DNA of 64,000 nt, taken from the NCBI RefSeq assembly GCF_028641065.1, contig NC_073391.1:14384001-14448000 (forward strand), written 5' to 3'. How positions within the stretch are numbered: position 1 is the first letter of the stretch; every line of letters begins with the position of its first letter. Of the stretch, positions 36,205 through 48,944 are shown one piece after another. The position numbers and the translations under genes are program-made. The notes below the pieces were generated by a model. That model worked only from the letters and a program-made list of their open reading frames with translations. It ran no database searches and had not been told where the DNA came from. Source of the DNA: Leucoraja erinacea (taxonomy: Eukaryota).

Positions 36205-39200
36205 CTATCCCTTCAGATAGTTAATGAATGGAGCCCAGATTTTATCGAAAAGATCTTGTTTGTCCATTAAGACAAGTCTAATTCTTTCTAAGTCTAGGGT
36301 CTCCGACATTTCCGTAATCCACATTTTAATTGTGGGGGTTGTAGGGCCTTTCCAAAATGTTAATATTAATTTTTTCCCGATTATTATACTGTAGTCGAGG
36401 AAATTTATTTGGTTTGTTGTGAGTGTTAAACTTTGTTCTGATATTCCAAGTATTATTAATTTTATGTCTGGGTCCAGTTTTGTATTAATAACTTCTGAAG
36501 TTATTTCAAAAAGTCCAGAAATGTTTAAGTTTTATACAGTTTGCAAACGTGTGTGTTAAATTAGCCTCTAGATGTAGACATTTATCACAAATAGGAGAGA
36601 TTTGTGGGAAGATTCTATTTAGTTTTATTTTAGAGTAGTGTAGTCTATGTAAGACCTTGAATTGTATTAAAGTATGTCTGGCATTTAATGAACATTTATG
36701 TATTTGTGTAAACTTTCGTGCCACATATCTTTCGTTATAGGGTGACCTATTTCATTTTCTCATTTGTATCTATATGGTTCGGTCGGTGGTACCACGTTGT
36801 TTAGTAGGGTGTTATAAATATAAGCTATTAGTTTTTCAGTATTAGGATGCTTGTTCAAACATTCATCAAGAATTTCTGATTCCCTACTCCTGTAGACTTG
36901 TGTATTAGATTTAACATAATCTCTAATTTGTAGATATCTGAAGAAATTATTTGAGTGCAGTCCATAATTCTGTTGTAACTCTTGAAATGAAAGAAAAGTG
37001 CCTTTCCCATAAAGATGTCCTATATTTTTGATTCCATAATTTTTCCATTGTGTGAAACCTTTGTCCATAAAGGATGATTTGAATAAAGGATTATTTACAA
37101 TGGGAAGGCATAGTGGTATATTATTCAATTTTAAATCTTTTTTTATTTGTTTCCAAATTCGTATTCCACTATGTATTATGGGGTTTTCTTTATAGGTTTT
37201 TTTGTGCAGTTTTGTGGGGGCAAATATGATCGGTCCAATTTCAAAAGGTAGACAGTCTTCCTTTTCCATCATTAACCAATCTGGTTGTTGATCCATTTCT
37301 TCCAGCCAGAAATTCATGTTTTTAATATGGACTGCCCAAAAATAAAATAAGAAATTTGGCAAAGCCAAACCTCCATTTATCTTTGACTTACATAAATGTT
37401 TTTTACTTATTCTATGATTCTTATAATCCCAGACAAAACTTGTAACAATGGAGTCGACTTTTTTGAAAAAAGTTTTTGGGATATATATCGGAATTAATTG
37501 AAGTAGGTACAGCAGTTGCGGTAAAAAAATCATTTTTATAGCATTAATTCTCCCAAGCATAGAAATGGGGAGTGTTTTCCAGTATTGAATATTCTTATGT
37601 AGTTTATTCAGTAAGGGTGGGAAATTTAGTTTAAATAAAGAGATATATGTCTTAGTTACATAGATTCCTAAGTATTTAAATTTATCTTTAACTATTTTAA
37701 AAGGGGATTGTTGTATTGTATGTAAATTGAATTTTGTTATTGGCATGATTTCGCTTTTATTCCAATTAATTCTATATCCCGAAAACTGACCAAATTGAGT
37801 TATTAGATTTAATAGGTTTGGAATACTAATTTCTAACTATGTAATATATATTAGTACATCATCTGCATATAAGGAGATTTTATTCCTTGTGTCTCTAGTA
37901 TTGTATCCAAATATTCCTGGATGGTTTCTAACGCTTTCTGCTAGGGGTTCGATTGCAAGAGCAAATAATAGTGGGGATAGTGAACATCCTTGTCTACAGC
38001 CTCTAGAGAGATTAAATTTAGTTGATAACATTTTGTTTGTTAATATTCTAGCTGTTGGATTAGAATATAACAATTTAACCCATGTACAGTACTTCTCTCC
38101 TAGTTGAAAATTTTCCATCACCGAAAATAAATATGGCCATTCTACCTGGTCAAATGCTTTTTCAGCATCTAACGAGATAATTGCTAGATCTGCATTAGGG
38201 ATTCTATTGGAGTATATAATATTAAATAATCTTCTCAGATTATAAAATGAATACCGTTTGGGGATAAACCCTGTTTGGTCGGGATGTATTAATTTGCTGA
38301 TCACTAAGCTCAATCTATTAGATAAAATTTTAGTTAATATTTTCTGATCAGTATTTAAGAGGGCTATAGCTCTGTATGAACCTGGGTCTTCAAGATCCTT
38401 GTCCGTTTTTGGTATGAGTATGATTATAGATTCATTTAGAGTTTCTGGGCGTTTCTGTTGAGTATAAGCGCATTTGTACATTGTCTGTAGGCGTGGGGAA
38501 AGCAAATCATAATTTTTTTAATAAAATTCAGTCCATCGGGGCCTGCAGACTTTCCGTTTTTTAAAGATTTGATGGACTTCGATGTCTTTTATCGTAATTT
38601 CAGCCCCTAGCAATTCTCTCTCTTTCTGATCTAGACCCGCAAGCTTACAATTCTGTAAAAATGTTTCCATTCCCGTTGATTGTTCTGTTATTTTAGATGA
38701 ATACAATTTTTGGTAGTATTGTAGAAATCTATCATTAATATCTTTAGGCAGTGTTAATGTTTCTCCCTTGTCTGTTCTAATTTTGTATATTGTTTTTTCC
38801 CCATCCAATTTGCGAAGTTGACGCGCTAATAGTTTTTGTGGTTTATCACCAAATTCAAAATTTAATTGTTTTGTATGTTGATAAAGTTTTATAACTTGGT
38901 CTGAATATATCTTGTTTAATTTATATTTCAGTACTGCAATTTTATTATGTTTTATCGTGGATGGTGCTGCTGCATTTTCTGTGTCTAATTGCTTTATTTC
39001 CATTTCCAGTTTCTGTTGTTTGGCCCTATTCTCTTTATTAAAAAATGATTGGGGAGAAATTAATGCTCCTCGTACAAATGCTTTAAATGTTTCCCAAAGA
39101 AGGGAAGCAGAGATTTCAGGGCTATCGTTAGCCTCAAAAAACATTTAAATCTGTTTTACTAGGTATTCATTACATAACTTATCTTTTAAGATTTGGGGAT

Positions 39201-39972
39201 TAAATCTCCATTGTGACTGTGTCTCTACCATTCCGTTTAGTTTGATCATAAATGTTAATGGAGCGTGGTCTGAGATTATGATGTTATGATATTGCGAGTT
39301 ATAGGTAAATGGGATAAGTTTTGAATCTACTAAAAAATAGTCTATCCTTGAGTAGGTTTTGTGTACTGGTGAGTAAAATGAATATTCTCGGCCCGATGGA
39401 TTTTCAATTCTCCAAACGTCCTTAATATTAGTAGTATTAATGTATGAATTAAAAAATTCACTTGATCGAGATTTTAGTTTTCTTTGAGTTGATGATCTAT
39501 CCAAACAAGCATCCAATGTACAATTTAAATCTCCACCGATTATTAAGTTTTGTTGTGTACATTCTGGGATATTGTTAAGAATTCTCTTAAAAAACAGAGG
39601 GCTATCAAAATTTGGTCCATACACATTGAGGAGAGTCACCTTTTTTGAGTATAACTCCCCTATTATTACAATATATCTGCCTTCAATGTCTTCTATCATT
39701 GATATATGTTTAAAGGGTATACCTTTACGAATTAATATTGCAACACCTCTAGATTTATGTGAGAATGAAGAGTGGTACACTTTAGCAATCCATTTTGCTT
39801 TCAATCTGTGTTGTGCTTCCTTTTTAAGATGTGTCTCCTGGAGTAATATTATATCTGTTTTCAATGATTTTAAATGAGCTAACACTTTGCCTCTCTTGAT
39901 AGGTTAATTAATTCCCTTAACATTCCAACTACAGAATTTAATTCCCCCAATTTTTATATTCATGTCTTGCAT
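36205..39972 (-). pseudogene. L1 ORF2 (APE endonuclease, RT, Cys-rich), several stops and frameshifts
   Basis: SWNVKGIN, LQETH, SDHAP; SLDAEKAFD, GCRQGCSLSPLLF, YADD; CDKCLHLEANLTHTFANC; ends WAPFINYLKG*. Confidence 0.93.
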
Positions 39973-40778
39973 CTTGTGATTAAGTGGTAGAGCAGATGAT
40001 TCAACACACTCAACCCTACCTTATACTCGAACATCAGGTAGATGAATTTTAGGTCACGTCTGTTTTCCATCTGAACATATCTCCTTAAATAAAATATGCA
40101 ATTCCATTCCAAATACAAAATACAATATGATATAAGATAAAAAAAAAGTAATAGCAAATTGGGTTAGTAAAGTGTGGAAAGTAAAAAATAAAAGCAACTA
40201 CAACTACAACTACAATTAGTGCAGTTAATGATAGCCACCCTAATGTGGCTAAGCATCTATGGACTTCCGTAGCTTTTGGTTAATAAAAATACTAGCTCCG
40301 TACTTTCCTTGAAAGGAAAGTTTCCAATTTGATGCAAACAATTTGTGGGGGGGAAAGAAATAATGATTATATTCCATTAATAATATAATTAGTAGTCTCA
40401 AATTGAAATGTATAGTTTTGTATAATATAAACATTTATCAAAGAATAATCAAAAACAAAAACATCAGAGAGAGAGAGCCACCATACACATTTCATTATAA
40501 AATACCTGAATCACACTTTACTTATATTTCATACTTTTAGTTAATTCTTAAATCATCTGAATAATCTTATTATCAATAGTTAGTGTTAGTTAGTATTCTT
40601 GATTATTAATAGTTGTTAGAAGTTAGTATGTAAGTATTGTATATCCGTTGCAGTATATTTACCCAATTCTTATTGCGAATTTTAGGCAACTCTTAAATAT
40701 AATAGTTTAAAGTTTAGAGTTCCATATCTTCTCTGCGATATAGCAGTATCCAGGTAGGTGTTGAGTGTTGAATATTTT

Positions 40779-41760
40779 TCAATCTTCGATCTTGTCCTCA
40801 ATGTTCTTGGCAAATTCCAATGCTTCCGTGTGCTTGATGAAGAAGTCTTCCTTCTTCTCGTAACTAACTCTTAGCGTTGCGGGGTATAACAGTCCATATC
40901 TCAGATCTTTATGTTCTTCAGTATTCTTCTTGTTTCTGTGAACAATGCTCTTTTCTTAGCAACTTCCACAGGATAATCTCTGAATACGCTAATCTTGTCT
41001 CCTTCATATACAAGATTTCTGCTTTTGCCAATTTTCCTCATCATGTCATCTAATACATGGTCATATTGGACCTTTACTATCATTATTTTTGGAGGGTCGC
41101 CCACCTTTGGGGGACGTCTCGGCACTCTGTGCGCTCGGGCAAGTAATGGCGCCTGGTCCAGGTTCAAAATTGTTTTCGGTACATCTGCAGCAAATTCACG
41201 GGGGTCACGAGTCCCCTCTCTGCCTTCTTGGATGCCCACGATTCTTAAGTTCTGACGCCTCTGTCGTCCCTCCAAGTCTGTACATTTTTCGGTTATTTGA
41301 CGCAATAACTTTGATAGGCGTTGGTTCTCGGTGATGAGTTGTTTTGTAGTTGCGGTACTTGTCTCAGCAAATTCCTCAAGTTCTTTTACAATACATGGTG
41401 TTGGTTTAATGTCTGGAAGATAGGTTCAAGTTTAGAATCAAATCTGGATTCCATCATATTCAGTTTTTCATTTACTTCTTCAACATTTTGAGTCAAATTT
41501 CTTTCCATATCTAATTTCCAGTCTTCCAGGACTTTGTGTACCATCTCTGTAACATCGTCTTTAATTTGTTCTTTAATTTCTTTTTTAAAAGATGTCAGCT
41601 CTTCTTTAAAATTCAGTCTAAGATTTTTAAGTTCCTCCATTAAATTAGAGATTTCCTGTGTAAGAAACGTTTTTAATTCTTCCATCTCAGTCTTTTTCTT
41701 TTTCTTTGAGATGTCTTCTCGGGATGCTGTTAAACCTGAGGCCGAGGCTTCAGTTGGGCC
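40779..41760 (-). pseudogene. L1 ORF1 (coiled coil, RRM, CTD), frameshifted
   Basis: Coiled-coil heptads, DLEGRQRRQNLRIVGIQEG, ARAHR, FRDYP, and YGLLYPATLRV after a frameshift. Confidence 0.88.
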
Positions 41761-41765
41761 TACCT

Positions 41766-42500
41766 CTTTCCCGGTCGGATTTTCACCTGGCCCTCCTCAA
41801 CCTCCGCAACATTTCCCGAGACCCTGCCCTGGGCTCGCCTGCTCAGCGACTCATGTCCCGCACCACGCGCCCACCTATCCCTGTGTCCCAGCAGTCCTTG
41901 GTGCCTTCGGTCCTCCGTGCTGCTGCCGTCCAGGAGCGCATTGCCCAAAAGCAAGATATACAGAAACGCTCCCACGACAAGTCCTGCCGTCCCCTTCCGC
42001 GGCTGTTCCCTGGTCAGGTCGTCCGGATGCAGTCCCCCTCCGGACACTACCGACAGGCGGTAGTCGTCGGCTCTGCCGGTTCGCCGTGCTCGTACCTCGT
42101 TGACCATGAGGATACCATCTATCGCCGCTCCCGCCAGCACCTGCGGCTTGTCAATGAGCCGACTCCACCCCCTTGTGCTCCTTTTGCCTCCCCGATTTCT
42201 TCCTCTCTGCCTACCGCTCCTCGCATGCCCAGAACTCTGCCCTCTCAGCTCTTTGTGCCCCACTCCCCTGCTGCCAGTCCGCCATCGCCTATTCGTTTGC
42301 CTGCCTCTGTGCCAATTTCCCCTCCCCGGACTCCACTCCTTTCCTCTCCACCCCGGTCTCCGGCCCGTTCTCCCACTCCCGCTCCCGCTTCTGCTCCGGC
42401 TCCTGTTCCTGTTGTTCCTGCGGAGGAGGGGGAGGGCGAGTTGCGCACTCGCTCCGGGCGGTTGGTCAAGCCGCCCGTACGTTACGGGGAATTTGTTTAA
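41766..42500 (+). pseudogene. Gypsy integrase C-terminal segment (second copy of duplicated region plus native end)
   Basis: Repeats 35389-35857, then a Pro-rich tail ending LRTRSGRLVKPPVRYGEFV*. Confidence 0.9.
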
Positions 42501-42594
42501 CTGGTGTCTGCCTGTGTGTGCGGTTCACTGCTTGTAGCGTATGAGTCGTGGTTGCCCTGTCACTGCTGTCCTGCTTTGTTTCCAAGGGAAAGGA

Positions 42595-42803
42595 TGTAGA
42601 CTAGTGCATGTTCCTTTAACATAGTGACCTCACCACTACTAACCACTCCCCACATCACCAGTATAATTGTAACCTCCCCACCTCTAGATCGCTCTCTAGC
42701 TCCAGTGACAGACCACGGACAGCTAGGGCAGTAATGAATCTGAGTATTGTTAATAGTAATAAAACAGTAGTGAAGACATAGTGCGTTTTGACTCGTCTTT
42801 ACA
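42595..42803 (+). repeat. Gypsy 3' LTR
   Basis: Preceded by the PPT and followed by TSD CTTCC. Confidence 0.97.
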
Positions 42804-42825
42804 CTTCCCACATTAACTTTTCTGT

Positions 42826-43017
42826 TTAAGAAGGGACTGCAGATGCTGGAAAATCGAAGGTAGACAAAAGTGCTGGAGAAACTCAGCAGGTGCGGCAGCA
42901 TCTATGGAGCAAAGGAAATAGGCAATGTTTCGGGTCTGAAGAAGGGTTTCGGCCCAAAACGTTGCCTATTTCCTTCGCTCCATAGATGCTGAGTTTCTCC
43001 AGCACTTTTGTCTACCT
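42826..43017. mobile_element. Fold-back Penelope-derived element with hammerhead-like motif in the loop
   Basis: Long inverted arms (aaggtagacaaaagtgctggagaaactcagca / tgctgagtttctccagcacttttgtctacctt). 13-bp TSD TTAACTTTTCTGT at 42813-42825 and 43018-43030. Confidence 0.85.
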
Positions 43018-46000
43018 TTAACTTTTCTGTGTTTTGTCTCATTCATCTGTTCTCCTGAAACCTGTTGCAGGTCACAGAGCTTCTACTGATGCATTTTGCA
43101 GCCCTCAGTATTCAACACCGAATACAACAATTTCAGGTACAGCCTTCTAGTTTGTGTTTGAACTGGTTTGTTCTGATGAAAGATCATTGGCTTGCAATAA
43201 TAACGTGTTTTACTCTCTGCATATGCTACAGGATCTGCTGGACATTGCTGGCATTTTCTGCTTTTAATCTCACCTTTCCAGCAATGACAGTTGATCAAGG
43301 GTCTCATGAGGAAGTTTGGTGGCAGATATACACAGGATGGTAATATTTCCTAGTGCTGCCAAACTGCTATCAGGAGGATAATCTATTGCAATGTCTTGAG
43401 ACGGGAGAAAATAAAAGTATAATATCTTGTGAAATAATTGTCTGCTATTTGGCTGCTTGTGTGCATTTCACATGGACCTTCAAGGTTGATGCACATATTT
43501 AGTCAGATCTATATAGTACACCTTTTAAAAGTTTAACATTTATAGCATCCTAATGATAAACCCCCAAGATATGTCCATGTTTTCTCTCATTTCAGTAATT
43601 TATCAGCTCTTTATGTACTACATAATTCATTTTTATATAATATTATGGCCATTTCCTTGTACAGGGAGTACAATTATTAGGCAATGTATTCCAATATGTG
43701 GCATTCAAAAAGAATTGCTTATAGATTTCAAAGCCTTATGGAAATAAATTGCTGAGCCTTGTGATATTCCTAGATCCAAAGAAGGATATATATAACAGAC
43801 TTAAAATATTTAGCATACAACATTCAAGAATTTTAATTTTATTTAGATCAACTGCATTCTCTCAAAGAGCAAAAAGTACCATACATACATTGAAATAAAA
43901 ACATAAATGTAGGAAATATGCATGACTTGTGCAGTGTAAATTATGAACTTTGAAAATATTGTGAATAAATATTAAGACGTGTTGAGATATAATTGGTTTC
44001 TCAATTGTAAAGTACTGCTGTCAAAGTCTATACGACCATCAAAGTTTTGCAAATTATAAATATTTGGAACAGAGCTAGAGTATTTTTATTCTCTCATCTT
44101 TCATTATTTATTGTTTCAGAGATAAATCATACCAAAATCTTTTGCCATCAGTGAAGGTTGAAATATAATATTAAAAGCTATTTGTGAAATAAAATTTTAT
44201 ACTAAGAGTAACTTTTAAAAATTGCTAAGATTTATTCGGGTGTATAAAACCGAGGAATATTTTTGGTCAAATAAATCTTAACATCTCAATTTTTTCAATT
44301 TTCTGTTTCCAACTGTGTTCAGAACAGTAGTTCCAGAGATTTTGTTACAAAGGGGCCTTGTAAGGAGGTTACTTGCATGTGGTAGCAAAGCTGTTGAATC
44401 TCTACCCATTGTATTCATTTTACATATGATGCCAAGGATTGAATGATACAAATTGGGGACACAAATATCTTTCTACGCCAGATGTTCTTAGCTCTCTTTC
44501 TAAATTGAGGCCTAATACTGCACTGGAGACAAATAATAAATAAGATTAATTGTTATTCTATTGGCTTCCATTCACTTGGAGCAAAAATAACGAAGCAACA
44601 ATTTTCCAACAGTAATAAAATCATTTCAATCCAATTGGTAATCAATGAATACACAATAGATGTTATTTACATTTGATGCCCTGTTCTCCAAGTGTAGCTA
44701 TAGAAGTCTGTGCTTTTGCAAACATAGCTGTTCATTACAGGAAAATAACACAAATGGGAGCATTTATATGTGGAATTAGTACTGTGTCTGTAATGTAACA
44801 GATCTCAGTATAAATGTTGTCTAAATTTAATCACATAACCAATTCAAAGACTATTGATGATCCATGGCACTAGCCAGTGACATTCTACTCTTGGTTACAA
44901 AGATGTAATGGGTGGGTTAATTGACTATTGCCAATTATCCCTTAGTGTTGGTGCTGTAAGTGGCAAAGAATCAAAGAGGAGTTGATGGGCATGAGAGTGA
45001 ATTGCAGGGTTACATAGACATAGGAGGGGTGAATGGAACTAACAGCATTGCTCTATTGGGAGCTGTCATGTGTCCACTGGGCTTAATGGTTTCCTTCTGT
45101 GTTGTTGATTTAAGTGGGATAACATAGAACTGGTGTACGGATGATCGATGGTCGACATGGACTCGTTTGGTCAAGTCCTTTTTCTATGCTATATATCTAA
45201 ATTAAATTAAACTAAAAGTAAGTAAAAGAAAAAAGGCCTGAATGTTAACTAGAAAGGATTAAACAAATCTTGATGTGTAGTCATTGTAGAAAAATGCAAA
45301 CTGTATCTAAAATATAATTTTGGCTCCCCTGTTCCATCCTGGTTATAGGAAGTGCAGTATTTGCAAAGAGCAAAAATACTGTGGGACAGGGGATGGGGGT
45401 TTAGCTAGGAGCCAAAAGAGATGCTCACTGACATCCTTGCCCACCCAACAGAGAAATGTATCTTCAGAATAATGGTGCATAAGGAGGTTACTCTTCTTTC
45501 GGCATGTTTTGTATTACTGTTCCATTTGCCACCAGACTGACAAAATACATACTAGAGTTGCCAAAGTGTATTGCAGCCAAAGTGAATACTGCACTTAATT
45601 TCTCAGCTTCTGGAAATTAGGAAAAATGTAGAGTATAATTTTGTATGTACTCTGTAGCCAGGCACGTGCCATCAGGGTAAGGTAACCCTGACTAAAATTA
45701 TAAAATGATAATTATTAAATATAAATAATAAAGGCACGGGAGAAATATGCCTACATAATAGATCGATCTCTTAGGTAGGCATAATTCTCCCGTGTCTTTC
45801 ATCCACAGTACATGTAATACGCAAAAGTATGTGCAGTTCACATGCTGTCGATGCTGCTTTAAGGCTTCACGACAAGGGGAGCTGAAGGCAGCTGAAATTC
45901 TGCCTTTGCACTGTGGACTGCATACTGCGCATGTGCAGCAGTCTACTGCACATGCACAGCACAAGTTTCTTGACGGGTTTTTCAAACATGGATTGTCATT

Positions 46001-46096
46001 ATCTTAAGAGTATCTTAAGAAACAAAGAGAGAAGAATGGAGTTTGTGTACAAATACTGTAGTAGGTAGATTTCTTTAAGCTATATGTTTTTAAATA

Positions 46097-47684
46097 CTGT
46101 ATTTCCCAGCAATGAAGACGCTATTTTTTACCCAAAAATAAGGCACGAAAAATGTACATGCGTCTTGGAGGCCGCAGGTTAGGTTGTTAGCCAAGGAAGA
46201 TAGACTTTGCTATCCCTCAGTACCGCAACATCAAGAACGATGTTGCTGTACTGAGGGATAGCCAAGTCTATCCCTCATTGCTGGCAGCTGATGGGAAGCG
46301 GCTGTAAAGTGGGAAGTGGCTGTAAAGGGACAGCTGGGTGGGGGAGAGTTCCTTTCACAGCATGTGGGGAGTCTGGCCAGGGAAAAAGTTGCAGGGAGGG
46401 CAGGAGCGTTGAGAAGGAGGGGGTCGGGGATCATGCCAGCAACCAGCTCAAGAGCGGGTCAGTGGGCGATGGTTAACAGGACAGTGGGCGGTGTAGCTTA
46501 CTCCTGTGTCAGCGTGAGTAACCTCAATTGCTCCCTTGTTCGCGCTGACACGGGAGTAAGCTCCAACGCCTGTTGTCCTGTTATCCATCGCCCGTTGACC
46601 CGCACCGCTCTATGATCTTTGCTCTTGAGCTGGTCCCCTCACTGCCCAGTCTACATTGAAAGACACGGACCGGGCAGTGAATGCCATGCAGTGTCACCCA
46701 GCGCAGCAAGTAAGGCCATGTCCTGCTCCCGGCGGCAATTGGAATTTAAGGATTTGCGGGAAGTGGCTGACATGAGCGAGGCCGGCGAGCGGCAGGAGAG
46801 AGGTGTTCAGACAGAGAGCGCTGCCAGAGGTGAGCGGGCCGGTAGAAAGCGCTGAGGTCCCAGCGGCCACTGCCAGCCATCCAAGCTACTTCCCGATGTT
46901 GGGGAAGTCCAGAACAAGGGGTCATAGTTTAAGGATAAGGGGGAAATCTTTTAGGACCGAGACGAGGAAAACTTTTTTCACACAGAGAGTGGTGAATCTC
47001 TGGAATTCTCTGCCACAGAAGGTAGTTGAGGCCAGTTCATTGGCTATATTTAAGAGGGAGTTAGATGTGGCCCTTGTGGCTAAAGGGATCAGGGGGTATG
47101 GAGAGTAGGCAGGAACAGGATACTGAGTTGGATGATCAGCCATGATCATATTGAATGGCGGTGCAGGCTTGAAGGGCCGAATGGCCTACTCCTGCAACTA
47201 TTTTCTATGTTTCTATGTTTCCCCCCCTGGCCACAATGTGGTGGCCCCGCGCCCAGAGCACCGCGGCAGCGGTGAATGAGTGGGTTACTGGCATGATCCC
47301 CGACCCCCTCCTTCTCAACGCTCCTGCCCTCCCCGCAACTTTACCCCTGGCCAGACTCCCCACACGCCGTGAAAGGATCTCTCCCCACAATTGGTCCCTT
47401 GAACTAGTATTGTCATTCAAGATCACAACTGATTCAACTTGTCCCGGTGTGCTCCCGTTTTTCCCACCATCTCTCCACCTGCCATCACCCTCCACCCCCT
47501 GGCCATTCAGTAATTCAGAATGAAGGAGACTTGGGAGCCTTGGGTAAATTGAAATGTTACTTTCTTTATTTTTATTTTTTGAGGTGAGAAATTCTATGTC
47601 CCAACAGCCTTCTTTCAAAATTTAGCAACTCAAAATGGGGGTGCATCTTTGATGTAGGTGCATCTTCATTGCCGGGAAATACGG
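46097..47684. mobile_element. Tc1/mariner-superfamily (Tc2/pogo-like) MITE nested in the hAT
   Basis: TIR C(C/T)GTATTTCCC(G/A)GCAATGAAGA(C/T)GC at both ends, each flanked by TA. Confidence 0.85.
46890..47220 (+). mobile_element. CR1 3' fragment nested in MITE
   Basis: FPMLGKSRTRGHSLRIRG...; tail tttctatgtttctatgttt. Confidence 0.9.
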
Positions 47685-48944
47685 TACTTTATTAAGAGAT
47701 ATGGTTTTTGAAGACTTTATAAAAATCAACTAACAGCTTACGGAGAGGAGAACAATCTGCGCATGCACGGTTTAAGATTTTTTTTAAAAGCCGACTGACT
47801 GCCTACCCTGAGTAAATACTCACGGCACGTGCCTGTCTGTAGCTGATGCCGTGCAAAAGTCAACCAGTACATCCTTTTCTTTATAAACTGCAAGAATCTC
47901 AATGTGCAGTTGTTGCATGGTTACTATCAATCTTTCTTAGATCCTTTTGGTTTGTTACTTTTTAATAAATTATTTGTCTGTTTCCCCCAAAGACTTGAGG
48001 GGTCAGTATTTGACTACACAAAAAGTAAAAACTGACTGCATGAAGAAGACAAGAGCTACTGTTGTTGCTATCTCTTCAAAATAATATTTTTTTCATTTGC
48101 CAAACCTCAGCTCAGCCAGAAATACAATTTGCCTTGGGCATCATTGTGCAGAATGATTGAGAGCATAAACAATGATCTCTCTGGCTGGATAGGTCAGTTG
48201 GCTTCCTCCAACAGGTTATCATTTTTTGTTGTAATTTTCTGTGTCATGCACAGTGTGCTGTGAAATGGAAACAACATATGGAAGAGGATTTTCAACCTAA
48301 GTGAAGATAATGCAGTTAAGATAAAGGATCACAAAATATATAGTAAGTGAGAGGGTGAGATCATCAGTCTGTAGCACAACTATACAATAACTGGGATGGC
48401 CACTCCCCTTTAATACTACATTGTCTGTGTGTGAGCTTGATAGTTGTGAAATACTTAGAGCTAAACATTATCAATGCATGGTTCCAGTTTTGCCTCTCCA
48501 AAGGTTACATGTCGACCTTCTTACAATAACATTGATGGAGTGTCTTTTTTTGCAGTATGAGTTTGAACCTGCTGATCTTATAGTTACTCCAGCACCATGT
48601 ATCTTTTTGATTAAACAAGTATATGCAGCTGCTTGTTTCTTCATTTTACTGTTGTTCCTGTAGTCTCCTTCTTGTTCTTTACCAGCTACCACAGTGAAAA
48701 GAATAAGTTAATAAGGAGCTTGTAAACAAAACTGTTACCATGTACGAGTAGACTTAGCAGTGTGTGCATGTTGATGGAAAGAAACAGCTAATGTGTGTAA
48801 TACCGGGAAATCCATAGATAAAAGGAAGTGCACGTATTGTAAATAATCAAATGGGTTAAAGAAAGCATTGTTGTCCATGTGTTTCTGCAATGCCATTTAA
48901 AAAAAAAACCAATCCATTTATCTGTGACACAAATTCTAAACGGG

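Larger units (their letters stand above)
35861..41765 (-). mobile_element. Near-full-length L1 LINE inserted antisense in Gypsy integrase
   Basis: ORF1, ~800-bp spacer, ORF2, 3' UTR with AATAAA (35889-35894) and short poly-A (T7 at 35861-35867). AT-rich, in sharp contrast to the GC-rich Gypsy. Confidence 0.95.
32075..42803 (+). mobile_element. Full-length Gypsy/Ty3 (Mag-like) LTR retrotransposon with nested L1
   Basis: Two 209-bp TGTA...TACA LTRs, 5-bp TSD CTTCC (32070-32074 and 42804-42808), PBS TGGTGTCA at 32284, PPT AAGGGAAAGGA at 42584-42594, domain order gag-PR-RT-RH-IN. Confidence 0.97.
45659..47835. mobile_element. Non-autonomous hAT DNA transposon
   Basis: TIR CAGGCACGTGCC / GGCACGTGCCTG. 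8-bp TSD TCTGTAGC at 45651-45658 and 47836-47843. Confidence 0.9.

Noticed and set aside
43071-43136. Apparent phase-1 exon (GHRASTDAFCSPQYSTPNTTIS) with AG/GT
   Set aside because: Resembles the decayed 3' end of an old Penelope ORF spanning the Gypsy insertion site (~31450-32074 and 42804-43140); weak donor.
44120-44156. Good acceptor ttattgtttcAG followed by a short open stretch
   Set aside because: Stop in the phase needed to follow exon 28163, and a weak donor (GTTGAA).
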